Source of the DNA: Trichoplax adhaerens
Taxonomy: Eukaryota > Animalia > Placozoa
Direction of reading: 5' to 3'
Assembly (NCBI RefSeq): GCF_000150275.1
Contig: NW_002060944.1
Span: 8,136,735-8,200,734, forward strand
Length of the DNA: 64,000 nt
Shown here: in pieces, positions 15,001-27,827 of the stretch
Layout: each line of letters begins with the position of its first letter
Position numbering within the stretch: the stretch's first letter is position 1
The notes under the pieces: generated by a model
The model's database searches: none
The model's input: the letters and a program-made list of their open reading frames with translations, nothing else
What the model was told of the DNA's origin: nothing
Program-made: the position numbers and the translations under genes

Positions 15001-18000
15001 TAGATATTAAACTTTATCGTTGTAAAAAACTTCTTATGATGATTCATACTTATTAACATATACGATATCACAATAACATACCAACGCGAGACAGAAAATT
15101 CTTCAGAGCAGCTCCTTTAGAATGTAATGCGAGTAATAATTCAAATAGTGATTTATAGCATAAGCTATGGAGTTCATTAATCACGTAGGGGAAATTTTCA
15201 AAGAGTACAATAGTTAACTTTTCGAGGGATCTTGTAAATGTATCGTTAACCTAAACAATCGATAAAATTGGAAAAATTATTGGTATTATAGGCTATCCAG
15301 TATATAATGTAGATAAATTGATAAAAAAATTGAAAAAGCAATAATTTTACTTCATCAAGTATATTCAAGATGCTGGCAAATGCTTCAAGAAAACTAGGTA
15401 AGTACTGAATTTTGTCTACGTTGACATCACTGAAATAATAAATGAAATTGTTACATCAATAGAATATTCTATTTTATTATCATTATCACGATGAATTTAT
15501 ACCTCTATACCGATAATACCCTTAAAGTACTCAACATACATGAAAAACAATTGTTCACTACGTTGTAAGAGATCCATGGTCATAAATCGTACATCGTCCT
15601 TTTTCAGTAATGTTTTACAAGGCTAAAATAAGTAGAAAGTGTAATATAAAGTTTATTTTATAATTATGTCAACGCCAACCTTGTAAAAAAAGTATATGCA
15701 AGAATTTACGGCAGCAAAGTAACCATATCCACGTATAGCAATAGCTAACTCTTTAGCATCACTACTTCCACTATCAATAATAGATCTAAATTTTTTAAGG
15801 AAGAACTACAAAAAATTTAACAAGATTAGTAAAATTATTAATCGTTTGATTATCTACATATGAGATAGCTGAATAAGGTTGCATTTGAATCATTTTCTTC
15901 TTACTTTAAAGATATTTATATTTGCAGCATCATTTTCATTGACAAGGTATTCAGCAATCTTTTTAACAAAATAATTGAATTCCAATTATATAATTGGTAT
16001 TTAATATCGCATGCAAAAGCATACGATAGAAAAATAGCTATAATAGCTAGCAGATATCAACAAACCTGTTTCATGATCTCTTCAAGGGCATGAAAGGCCG
16101 CTGCTCGTATATCTCTATTTCGATGTCGACACCATCGATAGATAACCTCGTATAGAGCCTAATATCCAGAAAAAGCAATAATTTTGAGTTAAGGAATTAA
16201 TATAACAGTACTACATTCCCAGCTATTAATAACATCAGTTCATTTACTTCAGCTTCTCTCGAGATGTAATCACAAAATTGAGCAGCATGTTTTGCAATCA
16301 AATTTAGTCCAGCTATATTTTTTTTTAAAAGAAAAGAATCAGTACTACAAAGAATTGATAGTATATTTTTTAAATAGACACGATAACAGCTTACCTTTAG
16401 GTAAGTCATACCGTGGCAATTCAACCTAGCAATGAATGGAATCATTTTAATTTTAAAATAGACCATGATTATAACGCAAAAAAGTAATAATTCTATTAGC
16501 AAAATCATCTTGCAATCCTGTTTACAAACGTACCTTAGGATCAATAGCTAAACGAGCATATTTGTAAATATCAGCAGCGTATTTCGATTCTGGTAAGTAA
16601 AGGTAATAAAAATATTCTTTACCATCTTATACTGTATGTTGTAAATGCATACCATTTGCCGAATAATTATACTATTGACTAATAACGATTATATAGTCTA
16701 CGTTGTGTTTTATTGGTAATAAACTGAAATACTTACCTTCCTCAACAGATTGGGTAAAATTGTATAGATATGATGTTAAGCCTCGTAGACAGCCATAAAT
16801 CACAGGCATATCTAATTTTGTATTTTTGCCAGTCATCTTTGCAAATGGTGACATTACCAAATTTGTGTATAACATCATAAATTATTAAAATAAAATTATG
16901 GCACAGCATTAAATTTGAGGAAGCATAAGAAATTATCGATCGAACTGCGACTGTCATCACATGAAAATTTTGCACAGCCAAAAACGTGTGTATAACATAG
17001 GTATAAGTAACTAACCTGAGATTTTAATGTATTCAGATAAATGGTTAATAACTGTTGAGCATGAGGCATAATATATTCAGGAAATTTTTCAGCAATCGTT
17101 CCAAGCAAGGAATACATGCCACTCTTGACTACATACGCGTAAGATGAAATAAATAAATTAAATCTGGTAATATCATTCAAGTAAGTTTTAATCGATCCTA
17201 GCTAGGTAATGCAACATAGGCATGAAAGATTTATTTTCTCCGAAATATCACTATAATAAAGTAACCTGTTGAGGAATATTTTGTTGGTTGTTTGCAAGCT
17301 GACATATACCTAAGTAAGTAGTACAATAAATATTAGGTAATTTAATGCAGTATTGTTTTATCTATTTTTCAGTCAAATACTAAATCAAAATCATCGCGGA
17401 TTTTTCTTCTTTACTATATCGCTTACTCATGTAACTGTAGTAAAAAAATGTTATGATAATGTTTTACCTTCCTCAATGATATACTTACTTGTCAACCAGC
17501 TTTGAAATAGCCAACTCTTCAACTACCGATGAATGCAATTTCGAGCTCAAAAGCTAAAGATAAGAATTGAATAATATTCACTTGGTAAGAAATGCAGTCG
17601 ATTAGCAAGATTTTGAAATAAAAGTGAGAATTCTGTCTTAACTTCAGGCTTAAATGTGAGGACAAGGCGTGTATATTTATTTTGCTACTTCGTTTACCTT
17701 AGCCATAAATAACTCACCTGTAGTAACGGAGGAAATGTGGCATTTTTCACCCTAGCGGCTTTATCTCTCGTAAAGAGCGAAATGCATACGTCCTTCAATG
17801 TTGGAATGCAAGAAAATGCAAAAGATCGAAAATAATTTAGCCCAATAACATTGTTGAATTCACTCATAACTTAAATTTAGTTGGATGCTAGCAAAGCCAG
17901 ATTTAAAGAAGAACTTTTTTGAAAGTACTAAAGCTCGTTGAATAATGTACAGTAATAATTTAGAATTTCAGCTGAAAAACGATTCATGACTTGCAGCTGG

Positions 18001-18885
18001 ATCAGAGGAATCAACATTACTGTTGCAAAAATACTTTGTAGACTAGTCAGAAGTATACGACTGCAAATCTAATCTTGCAATTTAACATTTTAATAAGAAG
18101 TAGCGTCACGATACCTTAATTTGTACGGCATAAGGACTTATCTTTCCACCAATTTTCTCCATATATGCAGTAATTAATTTTAACAAATCTTCCTTGCATT
18201 TATCCAACTGTAGGCGAGGTATAAATTTTATCTAGCACACGTACGATAGTTATAAAAGACAAATAACATTGAAAATGAATTTACATTTATCCACGCAATC
18301 CTGTTCATCGATATCACTTACATCGTCTAGACCAATTGATTTGCGTAAAAATGTAACAACTCCATAATCTTGTCCAAATAATGCTGACGAGCAATAAGCT
18401 TTGGGTGACGAAAAAATAGAAGATAAAAAATTTTGAATGATAATATGACCATACCATTTTGGCACGGTGTCAATAACTTTATTGGCTTACATCAAGCTAG
18501 TAGAATCGACTTGATACTTTGAAGGTATGGAATAAGCATCATTACTAACTGTAAACTACGCTAAAATTCAAGCCCTACGCGTTGTGGATACTATCACAAT
18601 GTTATTACGTTGGCTATAGGCCAATTTTGAATTGAACGTCTGTATATATGTTATATACTGTACAATGTACATGGTGATGGATCTCGAGCTATTGCTGATA
18701 ATATTTACAATTTTTCAGCTAGTCTATTAGCTAGTCCTCTTACCTTTTTCAGCATCAGAAGCGGTTTGTAAGCATAGCACAGTAATATCAGATGCAATAT
18801 CGCAAGCATTGCTACCTCTATGCAACGATTGCAAGTTGAGAAGTGCATGTAAATCGATTAATAACTGGCTCAGATTGGACGCCAT
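1..18885 (-). CDS. PRKDC: DNA-dependent protein kinase catalytic subunit, many exons, 3'-partial (rest of FAT, kinase and FATC lie beyond the left edge)
   Basis: ATG at 18885 ([16 protein letters not shown]..., first donor after 18744). Spliced exons give DNA-PKcs hallmarks: [82 protein letters not shown] cluster (ATQLGSQ...RATQ...FTPTQ), [64 protein letters not shown] at the edge (about human residue 2990). All junctions checked are GT-AG. Confidence 0.97.
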
Positions 18886-18938
18886 GCTTGATGGCTAGTT
18901 GCAAATGGCACTACAGTAGTCCCCCAGTCCTGTTTATC

Positions 18939-18946
18939 TTTGGCGC
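18939..18946 (+). promoter_or_regulatory. E2F consensus site (TTTGGCGC) in the PRKDC proximal promoter
   Basis: Exact TTTSSCGC match about 55 bp upstream of the PRKDC ATG, in a locally GC-rich patch. Confidence 0.45.
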
Positions 18947-19116
18947 GGTGCTGGTTTACCGAGGGACGGACGGATGCTGAAAAGAGGGAAGGCAAGTTGG
19001 AACCTGCCATTGCATTAATTCTAGTTCATTCATTATATGATATTTACTAGTTAATGATGGCCTTTTAATCCATATCTGCCATTGGATGATGGCCGAAATA
19101 ATGTTTAAATCTTATA

Positions 19117-19432
19117 AATGGATTCAATTTATTTTATATCGTCGTATGCAGTGGAAGAAGGTGAATTGAACGACATAACATTATTACTTATATACGTCAA
19201 GTAAAACCATGGTATCATCAACATGGCGTCAGAACAATGGGTTGTCCACTGGACAGTCTCTCCTTTTGCAAGGACTACGTAGCAGATATGGACTACAAAT
19301 CTTACTAATCCTCTTACCAATGGATTCAATTTACTGTATTTTACATCATCGTATGTAGTGCAATGCTCTATACAATCCCATTGTTGATTGACATAACATT
19401 TTCACTTATACAGTGCAGTAAAACCATGGTAT
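19117..19432. repeat. Degenerate direct duplication (~100-115 bp, 2 copies)
   Basis: aatggattcaattta...tcgtatg.agtg...gacataacatt...agtaaaaccatggtat at about 19117-19215 and 19319-19432. A second pair (ggttgtccactggac.gtctctccttt...atggactac) lies at about 19240-19297 and 19733-19791. Confidence 0.75.
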
Positions 19433-19954
19433 AACCTGGGATTTCTAAGACCAATCATACACTTTTTATGAAACACTGATCTTAGCGTCAAAAAGGATGA
19501 AATGAGCATTTATTGAATGGGCATTAAGTCTTGGGTAGAAGAGGATTTCTAGTACTAACCTTGACTTATAAGGACTTCTAAGACTAAGGAAGTCCCTGAT
19601 GAAGTCTAATATTACTATAATACAATAAAAAGTATACTGTAAGCACTTTTTATCAGCCATTTCTTGTAGTAAACGACGTCTGCACATCCTGTCTTGAAAG
19701 TCCCTGGTTTAACCAACATAGTGTGAGAACGAAGGTTGTCCACTGGACTGTCTCTCCTTTCAACAACGACTATGGACCAGACATGGACTACTGATACAGT
19801 CCTATAATCTTCGGATAATGTACTGGTTCGCACATTCATCAACTATTACTTCTTTTACGGTAAGACTAGGGACTTCTGAGACAGACACTTATTAAAGGTC
19901 TCACAAGTCCTTGGTCTTCTTGAAGTGTAAGACTATAAGATAGTGCTCCCTACC

Positions 19955-20712
19955 ATGGACTTTTAGAAATATGAAGAACTAGAAAAGAACATGGTTCTCT
20001 TCCAGTAGCTACTTGTAGCTTAAGTGAAGAGTCTACAATATAGTTCTGTATATATTTCTAGAAGTCCATGACTTTACACTGAGTCTACAGAGAGCAAGAA
20101 CTAGGCGAGAATACGGTTCCCTTCCAGCAGCTACTAGTAGCTTAAGTTAAGCGTCTACAATCTACATTTCTATTTCTTGAATCAGAAAGTATAGTCCATT
20201 TTAGTTATGAATATGGACTTGTAGAGATATGAAGAACTAGAAAAGAACATGGTTCTCTTCCAGTAGCTACTTGTAGCTTAAGTGAAGAGTCTACAATATA
20301 CCCCAGTAAATATAGTATTTCTAGAAGTTCATGACTTCACACTGAGTCTATAGTGAGCAAGAACTACAGTAGGCGAGAATACGGTTCCCTTCCGGCAGCT
20401 ACTAGTAGTTTAAGTTAAGAGTCTACAATCTACATTTCTATTTCTTAAATCAGAAAGTATAGTCCATTTTAGTTATGAATATGGACTTGTAGAGATTTGA
20501 AGAACTAGAAGATGGCTCTCTTCCAGTTGCTACTTGTAGCTTAAGCTAAGAGTCTACAATATACCTCAGTACATATTTCTACAAGTCCATGACTCTACAT
20601 TGAGTCTATAATGAACAAGAACTAGGTAAGAACACGGTTTTTCTTTCAGTAGCTACTAGTAGCTTAAGTTAAGAGTCTACATTTCTATTTCTTGAATCAG
20701 CAAATATAGTCA
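19955..20712. repeat. Higher-order tandem repeat: 3 units of ~260 bp, each an A/B dimer of ~130 bp monomers
   Basis: Units start with ATGGAC at 19955, 20213 and 20481. All six monomers share aagaacta...cttcc.g.AGCTACT(A/T)GTAGCTtaagt.aagagtctaca, with palindromic cores at 20007, 20129, 20265, 20397, 20528, 20651. Confidence 0.92.
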
Positions 20713-23700
20713 ATACTAGTCATGGATGATATACTGTATTGCAGCATGGACTATTGTATCAAAAAGGTCATTTTCCAGTAGTTTATGACTGCAGCAGACC
20801 TCATAGCACCAGGGACTACTCGAAGAAAAAGTAAAGTACCACGGAACCGTTTCAACACTACTTCTAGACATGTTCGGGAAATGACTGGATCGAAATTCGC
20901 AATAGAGTGGTAAAGAGAAGGTCAGGAAATAGCATTCCCTCTGCACACTCCACTAAAGCATAGTATCACCAACGGGATATGAAACAGTCCTAGGATTCAA
21001 GTCAAACATAGTGTATCCATTTTAAGCAATGTTCATTACTGTACTGAGGTATATCCAAGGGAAATTTTCCGGGAAATAACATAATATTGCAATCTCGCTA
21101 CTACATCCAGTTCAGGAGTAATTTCATCAAGACTTTGTTTGGTCTTCAAGCCAAATAGAACCCTAACTCGATATAGGTATCATTACCATACTAGGGTCCT
21201 CATTTTCTACCCCATCCAAGCTGAAAGCCCTTTTTATGTCGATTTTGTTGCAGCAGAAAATGGTTCTTCTGCTTCTCCTTTTGTCTCCAATCTGCTGTTG
21301 GATATCCATACAAGGATTGATTAGCAAGACAAGCAATTAAGCGTATTCTCTTTCTTAGTATCAGCATTGTCGTACTACTGTAGAATACACTCATCTTATT
21401 GAGTCATGAATGAGACATAATCCTACAGGGCAGTAAAAGACAGTAAGCTTCCTTGTCGCCGGCATTGAAATAAATATTCAATAAATTAGAAGTAAATTAA
21501 GAATAATGAAAAAAATCTACGGTGCTACTGTATTATAGAAGTTTTTACTACAAATCAACGGCTTATAGCACAAAATTTGCACATGTAGATAGACTGTGTA
21601 ATCGATACTTTCTCTTTATCATATTGCATAATGGATATACAATTTGCTTAGTTATGTAGACCGACAAGAAGTGAAGGGATGTCGGCTAGAGTCTCCTTTT
21701 TGAAGACATGAGGCTGATAACTGCTCGTCTGTTCGCTTGTCATATCTTCCATTGCTTTTTAGAAACACTTGGCCGTAGATACGATGCGTTCATCCACTGT
21801 TTATCCGTATAACAGATTTCAACATTGAATCAAAAAGAGAATGCCAAAAGTAGCCTTGGGCGGTCTCATTCCTACTCAAGTCGGAGAAAATAAACCATAA
21901 ACTCATTCAAAATAAATTATTGAATAAGCATGTGTCAAGCAAAAGAATTAAACCTATGAGTAAGCCCTACTCCGATAGAAACGAATAAGATACTCAAAAT
22001 GAAGCAGTAAGAAACGAAACTGAGCTCAAGTCCTTCCATCGTCGCTGTAATAACTGTTAATAACGGAATAAACGGACTTAGAATCCCCCAATGAATTATG
22101 AACATACTATAAACTATATTCCACAGCGTACTACCGCCGGGCATAATTATACGTTAAGCATATACGTACAGTATAATAAACGCTTTAACAGCTAAATAGA
22201 CAATATGGAAGTAATCTCGAGTCTAATATACGAAATTTAAAATGAAGCTATAAGGAATAAAATGGAGCTCTTATTTTTCACCATCACCCCAACATTTATC
22301 ATAGAAACAACAATCTCCCGCAAAATTGTTATACAGTACTACGGTATACTGTACATTAAAAGAAAAAGATATTAAAATATGAAACAACAGTTAATAAGTA
22401 AGATTAATTCAAGTCTTCTCCATCGTCATACATCCCCATCTCTTAGAAAATACTTACTTAATATACAAGCGCTGCATTCAGTAATACCTGTATAACAATC
22501 GCGATTAAGCTAAAGAAATCAGCATATCACTATTCCTCAGTTTAATATACTGTAAACACCAAGACGACATGATAAGCAATAATGAAGCAAGAATAAATGA
22601 AACAAGATTGAGCTCTTCTATCCATTATGACAAAATAACTGCTCATTGAATTAAGATTCTCTTAAAGATTGATAGACTATAAATCAGTCATAGAAGAATC
22701 ATTTTCAAAGTCGAGATACAGTATTGAGCCATAATCCGTCAGCAGCGCGACGGGTTGTAGAACTAGTCAATTCTTAGTTCAATAGACTGCTGACGAAGAT
22801 AAAATCAGTAATAATTGACATTTCGTAAATCAATCAATAGAGCTATTTTCATTTTCATTAAGACAGCAACTACAGTTAACTGAAGAAAACTCCTCCAAGA
22901 ATGAATCCATGCATAGTTTTGCATACAGCCGGTAATACCATGATGATTCAACGCGCAATATTCAATATTGACAACTTACTTATATTTAGCAACTATACAC
23001 ATGTCCCCTTAATATTTGCCGATATAGCATTTCCCCTATCTTGGCAATATTGAAACTATTGCAATAATCAATTGGATATCTACATATTTAGAATATTCCA
23101 TATTTTTGATAATAGAGAGACTATTGCAATAATCAATCGTATAAGTCGATCCGGAATCCAACGCTATCTCATTTGAAATGTTAGGTATCGCCATTATTTC
23201 TACTAGACAAGCACTGACATAAGCGAAACTACAATGTTGATCTACACTAGGACAATATTGACCATGGCCAACGGCCAATTTCTTCCCTATCGCACTGAAT
23301 TAAATCTCCTCGATAAACCAATACTTCAACCGACTCCATCAATCATTGATGCTTCTATTATAATGATGGTACTCTTAGGCTACATTGTTCAAATCAATAA
23401 AACAATTCTACTTTGACAAGAGTTATTTATAGCATCAAAATAAGTTTTTGACAAAAAACATCTGTCCATGACAAGATTTTCTTCCAATTCCTTTTGTTCT
23501 ACCCTTGCTGTATCATGGAGAAATACAGCATCTAACTCAAAAAGCAAGCCAATTCATATGATGGCGATCCATTTTAGTAAGAAGCTTGATACAACTACAA
23601 TCGATATAGCCATAAGTAGACGATAGCATTCCTATGCTATTGTCACGAAAGGGATTTCAAGGCAACTTCCGTAAAAGTGTGCAATATGGCAACAAAAGTG

Positions 23701-26700
23701 CAAATTCCATTTTTGTCTATATCGATTTAATTGACTTTGATCATCATATTATAATGCCTTTATTTGCTATTTAAATAAGTTTTATTCATACTCCCATCTT
23801 GTAGATTACTTAAAAAAGATGTATTATACTCGTTATTATTCTTTCCACCTGGTTGATAATACTGGCCTGAAATAAAGAAGGCAATATTGGATCGACAAAA
23901 GGCTAGCGTAACTCTCTTACGGAAATAATAGAGTTGATTTGAAGTTTACTAAATTAGACTTTGTTTATGATGAGATCATTCCTCCATTACTATATTATTA
24001 TTGAATCAATCTTGAGTCAATAGCTCCACGATATGAAATACTTTGCTGCAATCATAATTACGCTACAAGATTGGACTCATCGCAGCCACAACGATTCCCT
24101 CTTGAGTATCCTCATTTGGTAAGACGACATCAACTCATAATTATTGATCCAGAATCGATGTTTTTTCTCCCTTACTGATCATAAGTGGTAAAATCCTATC
24201 GAAAACGGAAGAAATCAAAGAATTGATTTCCTTGTTTGTAGTTGGTCATTATCTCAAACTTTTCTATCGACAGCTTTATTCCACTAGCTGATCTTGATCA
24301 TGTCCAACAACCTATCGCAAGATAGCTGTGTAAGTATAAATCGAAGTATTGATTTCTCCGGCAGTTTTAATCGATTTTATTTCTCTCCTTCGCCTATTTC
24401 ATCACACCTACTTCATACTGACTTCCTATTAGACTTTGTTGCCGCCTACACTATAGATCGTATGATACTCCTCTAAATTGGAACCATCTTTTTTATTTCT
24501 TACTTTTTGGGATCGGTACTCCCCCAATACAATTGCACGAGAATCTCTCCTTCTTTTATTCATCTCCCAGCCAACTGCTTGATGATTGATATTCGTATAT
24601 ATCTACTGATTGCTAATAGTAAATCTTTATAGTTACATTGCAATCGCTGTTAGAGTTATAAAGATCAACTTAGACAGCGGCATGATAACCATCCATGTAG
24701 AAGCGAAACAACATTTAAAATTTCTTGAACAAAGAAATTCTATAACACCAATATAGAACTAACTTCTTCTTCAACCTATTGTTTTTTTAAGTGATATTCG
24801 CCTACTTTATTGTTATTTTTGACCAATTCATTCAATCCTTTCGATATGCAAATGGCTTCAAATATCATGCAACATTTTTGGAATTTGTGTCCCAACTTTG
24901 TCAGTTGGGATAGTTAATTTGTAGATCAATGTTACAACTAAACAAATGACGATAACCCATTAGCTAATGTAAGAATAGACGTTTATTCGAATCTGTCGAT
25001 GGAAATAAAATAATTTTAGTCATTTCTGACTGCTACTTAATACTATAACGACCAGAGATTCTACTTTATATCAGCGTGAACGGGTTCAATCCAAAATTAT
25101 AGATCCTTATTTCTATCATACGCTAAACTTATCGAAGAATTGAGTAAGGATCTTTCGAAAGTCTCTAATTTCATCCTATTTCCAACACCAGGGAAGAAAT
25201 TGGTACTCAACTATTTCGTTAAGTATTTAGAATGTATGGGCTCTCCTTCTTTGACAAGTATTTTAATGAGATACCATTCGATTATTGAACAAAATGCTAT
25301 GATATTGATAAACAGAATCTTCTCACTATCAGCTTCCATTCCCGGTTAAACATGAAGAGCAATGTTTTAAAACTATTTCGACTCTATTAGTTAAACCAGT
25401 ATTTTACTTGTTACGTAATTAAAGTAAGTGCTTTCATCTATTAACTTAATCCTGATTAAGGTATCAATATATAAATACTCGTATCATACTTATTACTTAC
25501 TCTGCATAAGAGCCAATATCAAGTTACTTTTCATCAATCGGATCTAGAAACTAACATATAAATTTCTTTTGATCATGCAGAACATGACTAATATCACCTA
25601 GTGTTAGGATACAATCAAAAAATGGTCATTTATCGTCTATCAGTCTAAGCCTTATCAAGAAATCAATATGTAATTTCTTACCCTAAAATTGATCCATCTT
25701 ATTCCCGATCGACAAATTAAAAGAAGTTGATACACAATTTCCTGCCCTTAAATTGATCAATCTTTATCTTGATTGACGAAATTAGTATATAAATTTGTTT
25801 GGTTTCGAATAATTCAACATTATTATTCAAATTATCTAGTGTTAGGTAAAGTTAATACCCATCAGTCTAAATCTCATCAACGAATTAATACACAATTCCT
25901 GTACTTTTCCATTTTTATCCAACTCTAGGACAGAGTAACAGTAGAACCATTGCTTACAATCAATCGTATATCATTATCACTAAATGAATTTAGTAATTTT
26001 AGACGTATAATATTCTAGAATATACTAAAGTAATGCTAACGAAAGCCTAATCCGATCAAGATTAGTGTATAGCACGATCTGCCGTATAAATAACTTTATA
26101 GCGCTTAAAAAATTTTCATATTCGCATAACAGTACATACATTGCCTATAATCAATCTAATATTACCCTCGTTAGATCAATTTACGTAATCTTTTTATAAT
26201 GTTTTCGGATATGCTAAAGTGAATCTAATGCATGTCTAAACAATCTTATAGCGCTTAATAATTTCATATTCGCGCTGTATAACGCTCGAATAGAGTAGAA
26301 TCCATAAAGTAAGCAAATTGCTATGAATCAATCTAATCTCTAGCCAAGAAATTAGCATATCATTTATTAATTGATTTCTACGGAATCGTACATGAATTGG
26401 ATATTGCGCTAGGGTAGCTATAGTAAAATATCGCAATCCAAAGTAGGCAAAGATACCCTCAACCGAAACGATGGAGAGAATAGTATTTTTCCTTAGTCAT
26501 TTCACCGCATAGCCTTAGTAGTGGCTGTAAGTAGGAGGAATTAGTAGTATATTGATAACAATCTATTGCTGAGATAGACTTCCGCCATTATGGTTTTAAT
26601 TCTATAACAATACTAAAAATGAGCCAGGAATCATAAATCAACTTAAAATTCTTGGCAGCCAATTAATTCAAGTAGAATTCTGTTTACTCTCTCATCTCTG

Positions 26701-27383
26701 TTAAGCTAAATTTCGATCGTCATTTCCTTAAACAACCAAGTCATGCTGCCTTTATTTTCCAACTCATTACTACTGTTACTTACAGACTAAAATATAAAAA
26801 ATAAGTAAGTTTTCCATCTATAGCAAATCAAATAATCACTTGAGCCAAGCAAAGTAGAGCGATTTTCCAGAAATCAATATGGCACCCGCCTAATTTTTAT
26901 TTATTTTACGCTTTTATTCTTGAATCTTATTTTAGGATATGTGATTCTAATAATACCATGTGTGTAAGTTATTCATAGTTTACGAGAATGATACTATGGA
27001 CATAAATTTTTGCTTGATCATCTTTCATTACGTCAAATCATCCTTTATTGACATCAATAAGGAAGAATAAATAATGACTTTGAACCATTTTACCATGAAA
27101 TTATTTCATTCCTTATTAAAACATTAAACTAGAATTACAAGAAATTGTCTTTTATAAGGATAAAAGAGTATTAGAGGAACTACTTTACAACCAATGTAAT
27201 AATGAAAACCGAGTCCAATTACCGAATATTGATTCTTCATTGAGGTGGATAAAAAAATTGTTTAGATAGTAACTCAGACGATCTTTCCGTTCTTTTACAC
27301 CAATTTCTTTTGAAAACAAATGCCTTAATCTAGAAAATTGTCGGTAGTCAGTATTGATCCCTGTTCAATATTCCTTTTGGAAG

Positions 27384-27664
27384 CAGCATAGATCGGTCAT
27401 TTCAATATTCTTCTAGGTTAATACTATATGGGATAACTATACATTGCCTAATCAATTATAAATGAGGAGAAGATGAGAAAGTTTCATCGATTTTTGCAAT
27501 TTCATGAATAATATTCTAAAAGACAGCATAGATCAGTTATTTCAATATTCTACTACGTTAATACTAGAAGAGATAGCTTTACGACTCTCGATCAATCATT
27601 AACGAATAGGAGATAAAAATTTTCGTCGACTTTTTACACTTCCATAGATAATATTTTGAAAGAC
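27384..27664. repeat. Degenerate 140 bp tandem duplication
   Basis: cagcatagatc.gt.atttcaatattct...gttaatacta...ataatatt.t.aaagac begins at 27384 and again at 27524. Confidence 0.8.
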
Positions 27665-27827
27665 TTTGCTATTCTATCATAGTCTACTTTAGAAAAGATT
27701 GAATATACTAGCAAATAAATATTTCATTGCGGTAATGTAAGAGTGAATATGGAGAAACTTTTTGATGATATTTCGCTTTTCTCTCTTGCATTGAATTTAG
27801 CATGACGAATTAGAATTAGTCTCTGGC

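Noticed and set aside
19955-20712. CRISPR array
   Set aside because: The spacers repeat in A/B alternation, the units are far too long, the context is eukaryotic and there are no cas genes.
21900-25400. Scattered 60-80 aa ORFs
   Set aside because: No homology and no consistent exon chain; consistent with chance ORFs among degenerate repeats.
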